A stretch of DNA of 64,000 nucleotides from an uncultured Gemmatimonadales bacterium (GTDB taxonomy: Bacteria > Gemmatimonadota > Gemmatimonadetes > Gemmatimonadales > GWC2-71-9), in assembly GCA_963748815.1 (NCBI GenBank), contig CAVVKJ010000006.1, positions 32,001 through 96,000 on the forward strand. The letters run 5' to 3'. Both the position numbers and the translations under genes were made by a program. Positions 24,772 to 33,732 of this stretch are shown one piece after another (within the stretch, counting starts at the first letter, position 1; each line of letters begins with the position of its first letter). Below the pieces are notes generated by a model, which searched no databases, was not told the DNA's origin, and worked only from the letters and a program-made list of their open reading frames with translations.

Positions 24772-24772
<1 letters not shown>

Positions 24773-25092
24773 TGCACGCACTGTACCTGATGGCCCCGGC
24801 TGCCGGCTCCGGCGGCGGCATGTCCGTCCTCCTGCTTCAGATCGGCCTGATCGGCGCCGTGTTCTATTTTCTCATCCTCCGGCCCCAGTCGCAGGCGAGG
24901 AAGAAGCACGCATCCATGCTCGAGGCGCTGAAGAAGGGTGACGACGTCATCACCTCCGGCGGCCTCATGGGCAAGGTGAAGGGCATCAAGGACCAGGAAG
25001 TGACCATCGAGACCGGCACCAGCACGGTCGTGGTGCATCGCGCCCGCATCGTCCAGGTCGGCGACACCGCCGCGCCCAACACGCCGGGCTGA
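24772..25092 (+). CDS. yajC: Preprotein translocase subunit YajC
   Basis: FYFLILRPQ, LKKGDDVITSGGLMGKV; follows tgt. Confidence 0.95.
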
Positions 25093-25628
25093 TGTCGCTG
25101 CTGCCCATCCACCTCTATGGCTCCCCGGTGCTCCGGGAACCCTCGGCGCCGGTCGCCGAGGTGACGGCCGAGGTGCGCCGGCTGGTCGAGGACATGTTCG
25201 AGACGATGGACGCCGCCGAAGGAGTCGGGCTGGCGGCCAACCAGATCGGGCAGGCCGTGCGCATTGCCGTCGTGGACGCGGAAGGCTCCCGGATCGCGAT
25301 GATCAATCCGGTCATCGCGGAGGCGTCGGGCAAGGAGCGGGAAGAGGAGGGATGTCTCTCCATTCCCGAGGTGTACGCCGAGGTGACGCGTCCGGAGCGG
25401 ATCGTGCTCGAGGCGATCGGCCAGGACGGTGCGCCCTATCGCCTGGAGGCGGCCGGACTCCTGGCCCGCGCCATCCAGCACGAAATCGACCACCTCGACG
25501 GGATTCTCTTTCTCGACCGGCTGAGTCCGATGAAGCGGCGTCTGCTGGTGGCGAAGTACCGCCGCGAGCACAAGGAGGGGGACAGCCTCCTGCGGGAGGT
25601 GGCGCGGCCCTCCGGCCGTACCCCCTGA
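25092..25628 (+). CDS. def: Peptide deformylase
   Basis: GVGLAANQIG, EGCLS, QHEIDHLDG. Confidence 0.97.
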   Translation: MSLLPIHLYGSPVLREPSAPVAEVTAEVRRLVEDMFETMDAAEGVGLAANQIGQAVRIAVVDAEGSRIAMINPVIAEASGKEREEEGCLSIPEVYAEVTRPERIVLEAIGQDGAPYRLEAAGLLARAIQHEIDHLDGILFLDRLSPMKRRLLVAKYRREHKEGDSLLREVARPSGRTP

Positions 25629-26551
25629 TGCGCATCATCTTCTTCGGGACCCCGGAGTTTGCGGTCCCTTCGCTCGACGCCCTCCGCCGCGGCGGGCACG
25701 ACATCGTCGCCGTCGTCACCCAGCCCGACCGGCCCCACGGCCGCTCCCGCTCGAAGCTCGTTCCACCACCGGTCAAGGTCGCGGCGCTCGCCGCCGGCCT
25801 CGAGGTGCTGCAGCCCGATCGACCGGTGGGCGACCTCTTCGCGGCAACGCTGCGGCATCACCGCGCCGAGCTCGGGGTCGTCGCCGCCTACGGGCACATC
25901 CTGAAGCCCGACATCCTGGCCATCCCGACCCGCGGCATGATCAACGTCCACGCCTCGCTCCTTCCGCGGTGGCGAGGGGCGGCGCCGATCCAGGCCGCCA
26001 TCCTCCACGGCGATCGCGTCACCGGGGTGAGCATCATGCAGATGGAGGCGGGGCTCGACAGCGGTCCGGTCTACTTCCGGAGTACCCTGCCTATCGGGCC
26101 GGAAGACACCGCGGACCTGCTGACGTCCCGGCTGGCGGAGCTGGGTGCCGAGGCGCTGCTCGAGGTGGTGGACGGATTGGAGGCGGGCGCGCTCAAGCCC
26201 GAGCCCCAGGTCGAGGCCGACTCCACATTTGCCCCGAAGGTTTCCAGGCAGGCGGCACGGGTTCCGTGGGACAGGAGCGCGGTGGAAGTCGCGCTGCACA
26301 TCCGTGCGTTCGACCCGTGGCCCGGGGCGTGGACGGAGGGGCCGGCAGGCGAGGTGAAGCTCTTCACGCCGAGGCTCGCCGACGGGGGCGGCACGCCGGG
26401 GCTGGTCCTCGAGGCGGCGGGGGCGCTGATCGTGGCCTGCGGCGACGGAGCGGTCCAGGTCGCCGAGGTGAAGGCGTCGGGAGGCAAACGGATGGCGGCG
26501 GCGGAATGGCTCCGGGGACGCCCCCTGTCGGTCGGGGCTCGGCTGGGGTGA
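25628..26551 (+). CDS. fmt: Methionyl-tRNA formyltransferase
   Basis: MRIIFFGTPEFA, VTQPDRP, NVHASLLPRWRGAAPI, GLDSG. Confidence 0.97.
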   Translation: MRIIFFGTPEFAVPSLDALRRGGHDIVAVVTQPDRPHGRSRSKLVPPPVKVAALAAGLEVLQPDRPVGDLFAATLRHHRAELGVVAAYGHILKPDILAIPTRGMINVHASLLPRWRGAAPIQAAILHGDRVTGVSIMQMEAGLDSGPVYFRSTLPIGPEDTADLLTSRLAELGAEALLEVVDGLEAGALKPEPQVEADSTFAPKVSRQAARVPWDRSAVEVALHIRAFDPWPGAWTEGPAGEVKLFTPRLADGGGTPGLVLEAAGALIVACGDGAVQVAEVKASGGKRMAAAEWLRGRPLSVGARLG

Positions 26552-27171
26552 GGCCACTGCCCCGACTGCACGCGATTACCGACGATGCGATCCTGGCGGA
26601 CGCCGATGTCGGCATCCGCGCCGCGGCGATTGCGGCGGCTGGTCCGGCCGCTGCGCTTCACGTGCGGGGGCGGAACAGCACCGCCGCCTTCCTCACCAAG
26701 TGCGCCGTGCGGTTCGTGTCGCTCGCGTCGCCGGCGGAGGCGGCGGTGATCGTCAACGGGCGACCCGACCTGGCACGCGCGGTCGGCGCCCAGGGGGTGC
26801 AACTCGGCAGCCGGGACCTGACCGTGGCGGACGCCCGCCGCGTTTTTGACACGGGGTGGATCGGTCGCTCGGTGCACAGCGTGGCGGAAGCGGAAGAGGC
26901 CATTGCCGAGGGGGCCGACTACCTGCTCCTCGGCTCGATCTTCGAGACGCCGACGCATCCCGGGCAACCGGGACTCGGACTCGACGCGGTCGGCGCCGTG
27001 GCGGCGCTCGGCACGCCGGTGATCGCCATCGGCGGCATCACCCCGGACCGCGCGGCGGCGGTGAAGGAGGCGGGGGCGTGGGGCGTCGCGGCGATGCGTG
27101 CGCTCTGGCAGGCGCCCGATTCGCATGCGGCGGCCATGAGCATGCTCAATCCCTGGGGCGGCACGCCATGA
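26548..27171 (+). CDS. ThiE/TenI family protein (motifs closer to thiazole tautomerase TenI)
   Basis: LHAITDD, LHVR, VNGR, GVQLG, GRSVHS, ADY, PVIAIGGITP; directly upstream of thiS-thiG. Confidence 0.85.
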   Translation: MRPLPRLHAITDDAILADADVGIRAAAIAAAGPAAALHVRGRNSTAAFLTKCAVRFVSLASPAEAAVIVNGRPDLARAVGAQGVQLGSRDLTVADARRVFDTGWIGRSVHSVAEAEEAIAEGADYLLLGSIFETPTHPGQPGLGLDAVGAVAALGTPVIAIGGITPDRAAAVKEAGAWGVAAMRALWQAPDSHAAAMSMLNPWGGTP

Positions 27172-27377
27172 CCAACTTGTCCATCACCCTGAACGGCGAC
27201 CAGCGAACCGTGCCTTCGCCGCTGACCCTCGCCGGACTCCTCGAGCACCTCGGATTGGACCCCCGCGCCGTGGTGGTCGAGCAGAACCGCGCCATCGTCC
27301 GCCGACCCGACCTCCCGGCCACCTCCGTGGCCGATGGCGACGTGATCGAGCTCGTGCATTTCGTAGGAGGCGGGTAA
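27168..27377 (+). CDS. thiS: Sulfur carrier protein ThiS
   Basis: ITLNG...VVEQNRAIV...IELVHFVGGG (C-terminal GG). Confidence 0.95.
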   Translation: MTNLSITLNGDQRTVPSPLTLAGLLEHLGLDPRAVVVEQNRAIVRRPDLPATSVADGDVIELVHFVGGG

Positions 27378-27401
27378 CCGCCACGCCGTTATCTTTCCCG
27401 C

Positions 27402-28211
27402 ATGACCGACGCATCCCGTACCCCGCCCAGCGACACCCCCGACGCGCCCCTCGAGATCGGCGGCCAGCGCTTCCGCTCCCGCCTCCTCGTCGGCACCGGC
27501 AAGTACCGCGACAACGAGCAGATGGCCCGCGCCATCGAGGCCTCCGGCGCCGACGTCGTGACCGTCGCGGTGCGCCGCGTGGACCTCGACCGCACCAAGG
27601 AGGAGGGGGTGCTGTACCACCTCCCCGCCAACCGGTACTTCCTCCTGGCCAACACCGCCGGCTGCTACACCGCCGATGAGGCCGTCCGCTACGCCCGGCT
27701 CGCGCGCGAGGCCGGCTTCAACGAGTTCATCAAGCTCGAAGTGATCGGCGACAAGGAAACGCTCCTGCCCGACACCGACGGGCTCCTCGTTGCCACACGG
27801 ACCCTCGTCAAGGAAGGATTCAAGGTTCTCGCCTACACCAACGACGACCTGATCACCGCGCTCCGCCTCGAGGAGGCGGGCTGTGCCGCCGTGATGCCCC
27901 TCGCCTCGCCGATCGGTAGCGGACTCGGATTGCTGAACCCCTACTCGATTCGCACCATCAAGAGCCGCCTCTCCGTTCCCGTCATCGTCGATGCCGGCGT
28001 CGGCACCGCCAGCGACGCCTGCCTGACCATGGAGCAGGGAGTGGACGGCATCCTGATGAACACCGCGCTCGCCGAGGCGGCCGATCCGGTGCTGATGGCG
28101 TGGGCCATGCGGAACGCCGTCGAAGCGGGGCGGGCGGCGTGGCGGGCGGGGCGGATGCCCCGTCGCGAAACCGCCGTCCCCTCCAGCCCCACCGCGGGGA
28201 TGCTGCGCTGA
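27402..28211 (+). CDS. thiG: Thiazole synthase
   Basis: SRLLVGTGKY, NTAGCYT, IKLEV, MPLASPIGSGLG, DAGVGTASDA. Confidence 0.97.
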   Translation: MTDASRTPPSDTPDAPLEIGGQRFRSRLLVGTGKYRDNEQMARAIEASGADVVTVAVRRVDLDRTKEEGVLYHLPANRYFLLANTAGCYTADEAVRYARLAREAGFNEFIKLEVIGDKETLLPDTDGLLVATRTLVKEGFKVLAYTNDDLITALRLEEAGCAAVMPLASPIGSGLGLLNPYSIRTIKSRLSVPVIVDAGVGTASDACLTMEQGVDGILMNTALAEAADPVLMAWAMRNAVEAGRAAWRAGRMPRRETAVPSSPTAGMLR

Positions 28212-29515
28212 ACCAGCCCGTCGGCATCGACGCGCGGCGCGCCGCGCTCACCATCCTCCGCGACGTGCGCGACGGCCGTCCCTTCGACGCCGCCCTCGGC
28301 GGAGCCATCGAAGGGCTGACCGATGCCGATCGGCGTCTGGCGCACGAACTGGCCGGCGGCGTGCTGCGCACCCAGGACGCCCTCGACGACCGGCTCGCCC
28401 GGCTGATCCGGCTCGGCTGGGATTCGGTCTCCCCGCCTCTGCGCGACCTCCTCCGCATCGGCGCGTATCAATTGCTCTATCTCGACCGGGTGCCGCCGCA
28501 CGCCGCGGTAAGCACTTCCGTCGACCTGGCCCGCGAGATTGCCGGCAAGGCGCCGGCAGGGTTCGCCAACGCCGTCCTCCGGCGTCTCGGCCGCGAGGCG
28601 ACCCCCGCCCCGACCGTGGAGTCCGCCGATCCCGTGGCACGCCTCGCCCGGGCCCACAGCCATCCGGAATGGCTCGTCGCCGGCTGGGTGGCGCGCTTCG
28701 GTGCCGATGGCACCGACGCCCTGCTCCGCTGGAACAACGGGCGGCCACCACTGGTCCTGCAGGCGGCGCGCGAGGATCTCACCGCGCTGCGCGAGCGACT
28801 GGAGGACGCCGGGGTCACCACCGAGGCCGCCCCTTTCGGCGCCGGACTGGTGGTGGACACGACCCGCCCCGGCGAACTCCCCGGTTACGACGAGGGTGCC
28901 TTCTTCGTGCAGGACGCCGCGCAGGCGCTGGTCGCGCGATATGCCGACTTCCCGCGAGGCGCCACCGTGCTCGACGCCTGCGCGGCCCCAGGTGGGAAGG
29001 CGATTGCGCTCGGCCGCTCCGCCCGGACACTGGTCGCGGCGGAGCGCAATCGGCGCCGCACCCTTCGGTTGGGAGAGAACCTGCGCCGCGCCGGGTCAGG
29101 ACGGGAACTCCTGGTCATCGCCGACGCGGCGGCCCCGCCCACCCGCCCGCTCGATGGCGTCCTGCTCGATGCCCCCTGCCTCGGCACCGGCACCTTTGCA
29201 CGGCACCCCGACGCGCGGCTCCGGGTCACCCCGGAAGCGCTTCGCGAACTGGCCCGGACCCAGGCCACGCTCCTCGAGGGGGCCGCCGCCGCGGTGCGGC
29301 CGGGCGGCCTGTTAGTTTACGCCACGTGTTCGCTCGAACCCGAAGAGAATGAGGAGCAGGTGGCGCGTTTCCTGGAGGCACACCCCGAGTTCCGCCGTGA
29401 ACCCTCGCGCACCGTCCCCGAGGAATGTCTCTCGGAGCTGGGTGACCTGACGCTCGTCCCCCACCGGCACGGCACCGACGGCGCGTTCGCCGCCCGACTG
29501 CGGCGGGCCCCGTGA
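28208..29515 (+). CDS. rsmB: 16S rRNA m5C967 methyltransferase RsmB/Sun (start uncertain; CTG at 28208 overlaps the thiG stop)
   Basis: NusB-like N-terminus (LRIGAYQLLYL, FANAVLR), SHPEWL, VQD, DACAAPGGK, DAPC, VYATCS. Confidence 0.92.
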   Translation: MNQPVGIDARRAALTILRDVRDGRPFDAALGGAIEGLTDADRRLAHELAGGVLRTQDALDDRLARLIRLGWDSVSPPLRDLLRIGAYQLLYLDRVPPHAAVSTSVDLAREIAGKAPAGFANAVLRRLGREATPAPTVESADPVARLARAHSHPEWLVAGWVARFGADGTDALLRWNNGRPPLVLQAAREDLTALRERLEDAGVTTEAAPFGAGLVVDTTRPGELPGYDEGAFFVQDAAQALVARYADFPRGATVLDACAAPGGKAIALGRSARTLVAAERNRRRTLRLGENLRRAGSGRELLVIADAAAPPTRPLDGVLLDAPCLGTGTFARHPDARLRVTPEALRELARTQATLLEGAAAAVRPGGLLVYATCSLEPEENEEQVARFLEAHPEFRREPSRTVPEECLSELGDLTLVPHRHGTDGAFAARLRRAP

Positions 29516-30264
29516 GGTTCCGCCGACACACGCCGGAATCGTCCCCCGTGGTGAGCCGGCGGTTCCTTGTCGGCCTGGCCGTCATCGGCGGAGCCTCCCT
29601 CCTCGGCTACCTGATCGCCGCCGTGGTGCTCTTCCCCGCCCCGAGCTCCGATGGCGGCGGGATGGTGCCCAGCGTGATCGGGCAGCCCTTCAGCTCCGCG
29701 GAAGCGACGCTCCAGGCGGCGGGGTTCCGGGTGCGCCGGGAGGCGGAGGTTCCCCATCCCACCGCGCTCGGGGGTATCGTCGTCTGGCAGGACCCGCCGC
29801 CGGAAATGCGGCTGCCCGCTTCCGCGGTGGTCCGCCTCACGATCAGCACCGGGCAGGAAGCGTCCGTGGTCCCGGACGTGGTGAACCTCGACCTGGAACT
29901 CGCGAAGTCCGTGCTGCGCGAGGCCGGCTTCCGCCTGGGCCCCATCGATTCGGTGGCCTCCCTGACCGTCCCCGGGACGGTCCTCGCCACCCGACCGGGA
30001 CTCGGCGTGGTCCGGCGGCCGGGCGAAGAGGTGACGCTGGTCGTGAGCCGTGGGCCCGCCGATATTCAGGTGCCAGCGCTCCGCGGGCTGACCCGCGACC
30101 AGGCGGCGGACCGCCTGGAGGCGCTCGGGCTGTTGGTAGGTTATGTCCGGCAGGAAGACCGCCCCGGCGCGCGAGCGGGAGTGGTGCTGGAACAGCGACC
30201 CTCCCCCGGTGTGCGTCTCCCCCGGCGGAGCCGAGTGGACCTGACCCTGGCGAGGACCCCGTGA
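29512..30264 (+). CDS. Membrane-anchored protein with three PASTA domains
   Basis: TM helix followed by three VPxV/L...G.V..Q.P repeats. Confidence 0.88.
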   Translation: MRFRRHTPESSPVVSRRFLVGLAVIGGASLLGYLIAAVVLFPAPSSDGGGMVPSVIGQPFSSAEATLQAAGFRVRREAEVPHPTALGGIVVWQDPPPEMRLPASAVVRLTISTGQEASVVPDVVNLDLELAKSVLREAGFRLGPIDSVASLTVPGTVLATRPGLGVVRRPGEEVTLVVSRGPADIQVPALRGLTRDQAADRLEALGLLVGYVRQEDRPGARAGVVLEQRPSPGVRLPRRSRVDLTLARTP

Positions 30265-30926
30265 ACCCGATCATCGCACCGAGCGTCCTGAGCGCCGACC
30301 TCTCCCGCCTCCGCGAGCAGGTGGAGGCCGCATTGGCAGGCGGCGCCGAGTGGATGCACGTGGACGTGATGGACGGACACTTCGTTCCGAATCTCACCTT
30401 TGGCGCCCCAATGATCCGGGCCATCCGACGGATCACCGATTGCCCGATCGATGTGCACCTCATGGTGGAGCGACCGGAGCAGTACATCGACGAGTACGCC
30501 GCCGCAGGCGCGAATGTCTTCACCTTTCACCCCGAGGCGACGGTGCACGTGCAACGCCACCTGGCAGCCGTGCGCGAGCGCGGGATGCTGGCGGGGCTCA
30601 CGCTCAACCCCTCGACTCCGCTCGCCCTGCTCGAGGAGGTCGTGCCCGACCTCGACCTCGTCCTGGTGATGTCCGTCAATCCCGGCTTCGGCGGCCAGTC
30701 GTACCTCCCGGGCGCCAGCGACAAGATTCGCCGGGTGCGCGCCTTGCTCGACGCCCGGAAGTCGGGTGCGCGGCTGGAGGTGGACGGAGGCGTCACCGCC
30801 GCCAACATCGCCCAGGTGCGCGCCAGCGGAGCCGATACCTTCGTGGCGGGCACGGCGGTCTTCGGCGCCGCCGACGTCCGCGCCGCCGTCAGTGAACTCC
30901 ATCGCCTGTGCCAGGCACGGGCCTGA
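30261..30926 (+). CDS. rpe: Ribulose-phosphate 3-epimerase
   Basis: IAPSVLSAD, HVDVMDGHFVPNLTFG, DVHLM, MSVNPGFGGQ, VDGG. Confidence 0.97.
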   Translation: MNPIIAPSVLSADLSRLREQVEAALAGGAEWMHVDVMDGHFVPNLTFGAPMIRAIRRITDCPIDVHLMVERPEQYIDEYAAAGANVFTFHPEATVHVQRHLAAVRERGMLAGLTLNPSTPLALLEEVVPDLDLVLVMSVNPGFGGQSYLPGASDKIRRVRALLDARKSGARLEVDGGVTAANIAQVRASGADTFVAGTAVFGAADVRAAVSELHRLCQARA

Positions 30927-30940
30927 AGGAAGCAGCGACC

Positions 30941-31477
30941 ATGTCCAAGCAGTGGTGGATCGTCGGTACCGTCGTCGCCGCGATGATTCTCGGCGCCGTG
31001 GCGCTCGTGAAGAACAGCCCCGACTCCTACGGCGTCGCCGTCGGGAAGAAGGCGCCCGACTTTCGCGTCGTGGACCTCGCGACCGGCGACACCGTGTCGC
31101 TCCGCGGGCAGTACGCCGGCCAGGTGACGCTGGTGAACATCTGGGCGACCTGGTGCGGGCCGTGCCGGGAGGAAATGCCCTCGATGGAGGCCGCCTACAA
31201 GGAGCTCGCGCCCCGCGGATTCAAGGTCGCGGCCGTCAGCATCGACGAGTCCGACTCGGAGGGCGTCCTCGCCTTTGGCGCCGAGATGGGCGTCACCTTC
31301 GACCTGCTGCAGGACCGGAGCGGGGAGATCCAGCGCGTCTACCAGACGACGGGCGTGCCGGAGAGCTTCCTCCTCGACCGCGACGGCGTCATCGTGAAGC
31401 GGATCATCGGGGCGCACGACTGGAGCTCGAAGGTCAACCGGGAACTGATCGAGCGCCTGCTCGACCAGTCGAGCTGA
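30941..31477 (+). CDS. TlpA/ResA-type thiol-disulfide oxidoreductase
   Basis: N-terminal anchor, APDF, NIWATWCGPCREEMP, GVPESF. Confidence 0.92.
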   Translation: MSKQWWIVGTVVAAMILGAVALVKNSPDSYGVAVGKKAPDFRVVDLATGDTVSLRGQYAGQVTLVNIWATWCGPCREEMPSMEAAYKELAPRGFKVAAVSIDESDSEGVLAFGAEMGVTFDLLQDRSGEIQRVYQTTGVPESFLLDRDGVIVKRIIGAHDWSSKVNRELIERLLDQSS

Positions 31478-31484
31478 ACGGATC

Positions 31485-32525
31485 GTGCGGGTCCTCGGGA
31501 TCGAGTCCTCCTGCGACGAGACCTCCGCGGCGGTGGTCCGTCTCGACGCCGGACGCCCGCACCTCGAAAGCGTCGTCATTCTGTCGCAGGACGTGCACAA
31601 GGTGTTCGGGGGCGTGGTGCCCGAACTCGCGAGCCGCGCCCACCTGACCGCGGTGGGTCCCGTGGTGGATCGCGCGCTCGACGAGGCCGGCGTAGCGCTC
31701 GACGGAATCGACGCGATCGCCGTGACCGCCGGCCCGGGGCTGGTCGGCGCGCTGCTGGTGGGGCTGATGTACGGGAAGACGCTGGCGTGGGCCACCGGGA
31801 AACCGCTGATCGGCGTCCACCACATGGAAGGCCATCTCTTCGCGCCGGCGCTCGAGGACCATGAGTTTGCCCCGCCCTTCGTGGCCCTCCTCGTCAGCGG
31901 CGGGCACACACTCCTCCTCGACGTGCCGGCGTGGGGCGCGTATCGCCTGCTCGGGCAGACGCTGGACGACGCCGCCGGCGAGGCGTTCGACAAGGTGGCC
32001 ACCCTGCTCGGTCTCGGCTATCCGGGCGGCGCGCCGCTCGAGCGGCTCGCCGCCACCGGTCGCCCGGGGAAGTTCGTCTTCCCCCGCCCGCTCCTGCGGG
32101 ACCTGAAGGGCGACGGCCCGAACCGCTGGAATTTCTCCTTCAGCGGACTGAAGACGGCGGTGCTGCGCGCGGTGCGCCAGAGCAGCGACCTCGACGCCGA
32201 GCGCGCCGACATCGCCCACGGCTTTCAGGACGCCGCCCTCGACGTACTGGTCGAGAAGACCGCCGCGGCCGCCGAGGAACTGGGCTACCCGCTCGCGATG
32301 ATCGGCGGGGGCGTGGCCTGCAACCGGGCGCTGGCCGCCCGGCTCCGGGCACGGCTGGGCCCGCGGGTGCGTTTGTCGGTGGCCACGCCGCGGCTCAACA
32401 CCGACAACGCCGCGATGATCGCGGCCGCCGGCGCGTGGCGGCTCGCGCGCGGGGAGCGGAGCGGACCCGGCCTCGAGCCGAGTGACAGCCTGCCGATCCC
32501 CGGACTTCTCACTACCGCCGCCTGA
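31485..32525 (+). CDS. tsaD: tRNA N6-adenosine threonylcarbamoyltransferase
   Basis: LGIESSCDET, GGVVPELASRAH, HHMEGH, SGGHT, DDAAGEAFDK, FSFSGLKT, TDNAAMI. Confidence 0.97.
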   Translation: MRVLGIESSCDETSAAVVRLDAGRPHLESVVILSQDVHKVFGGVVPELASRAHLTAVGPVVDRALDEAGVALDGIDAIAVTAGPGLVGALLVGLMYGKTLAWATGKPLIGVHHMEGHLFAPALEDHEFAPPFVALLVSGGHTLLLDVPAWGAYRLLGQTLDDAAGEAFDKVATLLGLGYPGGAPLERLAATGRPGKFVFPRPLLRDLKGDGPNRWNFSFSGLKTAVLRAVRQSSDLDAERADIAHGFQDAALDVLVEKTAAAAEELGYPLAMIGGGVACNRALAARLRARLGPRVRLSVATPRLNTDNAAMIAAAGAWRLARGERSGPGLEPSDSLPIPGLLTTAA

Positions 32526-32537
32526 ATCGGAGCACCG

Positions 32538-33380
32538 ATGCCGGTCTATCCCCTGAACATCCACCTGGGTCCGATGCAGATCACGGGCTACGGGATCATG
32601 ATGATGGTCGCCTTCCTGACCGGCGGCTGGCTCATCGGCCTCGAGCTCCAGCGCCGGGGGCTCAACCGGGAATACTCCTCCGACATCGTGATGGCGGCGC
32701 TGATCGGCGGGATTCTCGGCGCCAAGCTCTGGTACGCGACGCTCAAGGGGGATCCAGGCGCGCTCTTTTCCTTCGGCGGGCTGGTCTGGTACGGCGGCTT
32801 TCTCGGCGGTGTCGCGGCGGTGCTCGCCAACGGGTGGCGCCTCGGCGTCCCGGCACGATGGACGATGCAACTCACCGCGCCGGCCCTCGCGGCCGCCTAT
32901 GCCATCGGGCGAGTCGGCTGTTTCCTCGTCGGCGACGATTACGGCGGGCCGACCACGCTCCCCTGGGCCGTCTCGTTTCCCGAGGGCCTCCCCCCGTCGA
33001 CCGCCGGCAACCTCGCGGCGTTCGGCGTGGCGATTCCCCCGGGCCTGGACCCGACGACCCTGCTGGCCGTTCACCCGACGCAGTTGTACGAGACCGGCAT
33101 CATGCTCGTCGGGTTCACGGTGCTCTGGAAGCTCCGCACCAACGCCTGGGGCACCGGCGCCCTCCTCGGCGTCTACCTGATGATGGCAGGCGTGGAGCGG
33201 TTCTTCATTGAGATCCTCCGCGCCAAGGACGACCGATTCTTCGGCGGCTTCACGGCGGCGCAGATTACAAGCGTGCTCATCGTCCTGGCCGGTGTGACCC
33301 TCTTTACCCGCCTCCGCGGCGCCGGGGAGGCGCCGGCAGGACAGTATCTTTCCCTGACAGCACCGAACGCCGTCAAATAA
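32538..33380 (+). CDS. lgt: Prolipoprotein diacylglyceryl transferase
   Basis: YGIMM, GLVWYGG, GRVGCFLVGDDYG, HPTQLYE, RFFIEILR. Confidence 0.93.
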   Translation: MPVYPLNIHLGPMQITGYGIMMMVAFLTGGWLIGLELQRRGLNREYSSDIVMAALIGGILGAKLWYATLKGDPGALFSFGGLVWYGGFLGGVAAVLANGWRLGVPARWTMQLTAPALAAAYAIGRVGCFLVGDDYGGPTTLPWAVSFPEGLPPSTAGNLAAFGVAIPPGLDPTTLLAVHPTQLYETGIMLVGFTVLWKLRTNAWGTGALLGVYLMMAGVERFFIEILRAKDDRFFGGFTAAQITSVLIVLAGVTLFTRLRGAGEAPAGQYLSLTAPNAVK

Positions 33381-33427
33381 CGAGACAGCACGATAAGTGA
33401 CTCAGATCACATCGCTTGGGTATCGGC

Positions 33428-33468
33428 GGGCCGAAACTGTCAATTTACTTGACGATTTCGGCCCTTTT
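33428..33468 (+). terminator. Long dyad after lgt: intrinsic terminator and/or enhancer-protein binding site
   Basis: GGGCCGAAA-c-TGTCAA-tttac-TTGACG-a-TTTCGGCCC followed by TTTT. Confidence 0.6.
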
Positions 33469-33488
33469 ACTCAATCAGCCACACAATC

Positions 33489-33515
33489 GTAACTCATTGC
33501 ATTACATTGCGTTAC
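33489..33515. promoter_or_regulatory. IHF-like AT-rich dyad GTAAC-N17-GTTAC
   Basis: Minus strand reads ATGCAAtgagTTA, close to the IHF consensus WATCAANNNNTTR. Same dyad spacing as 58466-58492. Confidence 0.55.
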
Positions 33516-33528
33516 AAAGTTTTCATTG

Positions 33529-33545
33529 TTGGCACGAAGGGTGCT
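33529..33545 (+). promoter_or_regulatory. sigma54 (-24/-12) promoter
   Basis: TTGGCACG-aagg-GTGCT: GG(33531-33532)-N10-GC(33543-33544), matching consensus TGGCACG-N4-TTGCW with one mismatch. Confidence 0.75.
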
Positions 33546-33555
33546 TTAATAGATA

Positions 33556-33707
33556 TCCAGCAAGGGGCGACTTCCTGCCCCCGGAAAAAGTGGTAGGTCG
33601 AAGAAGGGTTGGAGCGGGCACATCCGCCCGTCTCCGTATAACTCAGGGGGCGATCTACCACCTCTCTACGCAAGCGGCCCGCCGGATTCGGCGGGCCGTT
33701 TGCATTT
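33556..33707 (+). ncRNA. Candidate structured small RNA (~150 nt), family not recognised
   Basis: Bounded by the sigma54 promoter and a terminator. 5' hairpin at 33564-33581 and a long interrupted hairpin at 33590-33661. No credible ORF with an RBS. Confidence 0.6.
33670..33707 (+). terminator. Intrinsic terminator hairpin, possibly bidirectional
   Basis: GCAAGCGGCCCGCCG-gatt-CGGCGGGCCGTTTGC followed by ATTT. The convergent FTR1 gene ends at 33733. Confidence 0.8.
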
Positions 33708-33732
33708 CCGTCCGCCGCCCGCTGTCGCGGGA

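Noticed and set aside
33556..33707. Assigning the sRNA candidate to 6S, SRP, tmRNA, RNase P or a known riboswitch
   Set aside because: No 5'-3' closing stem with central bubble of 6S size, no SRP domain IV motif, too short for tmRNA or RNase P, and no downstream same-strand gene to regulate. An Rfam search is still needed.
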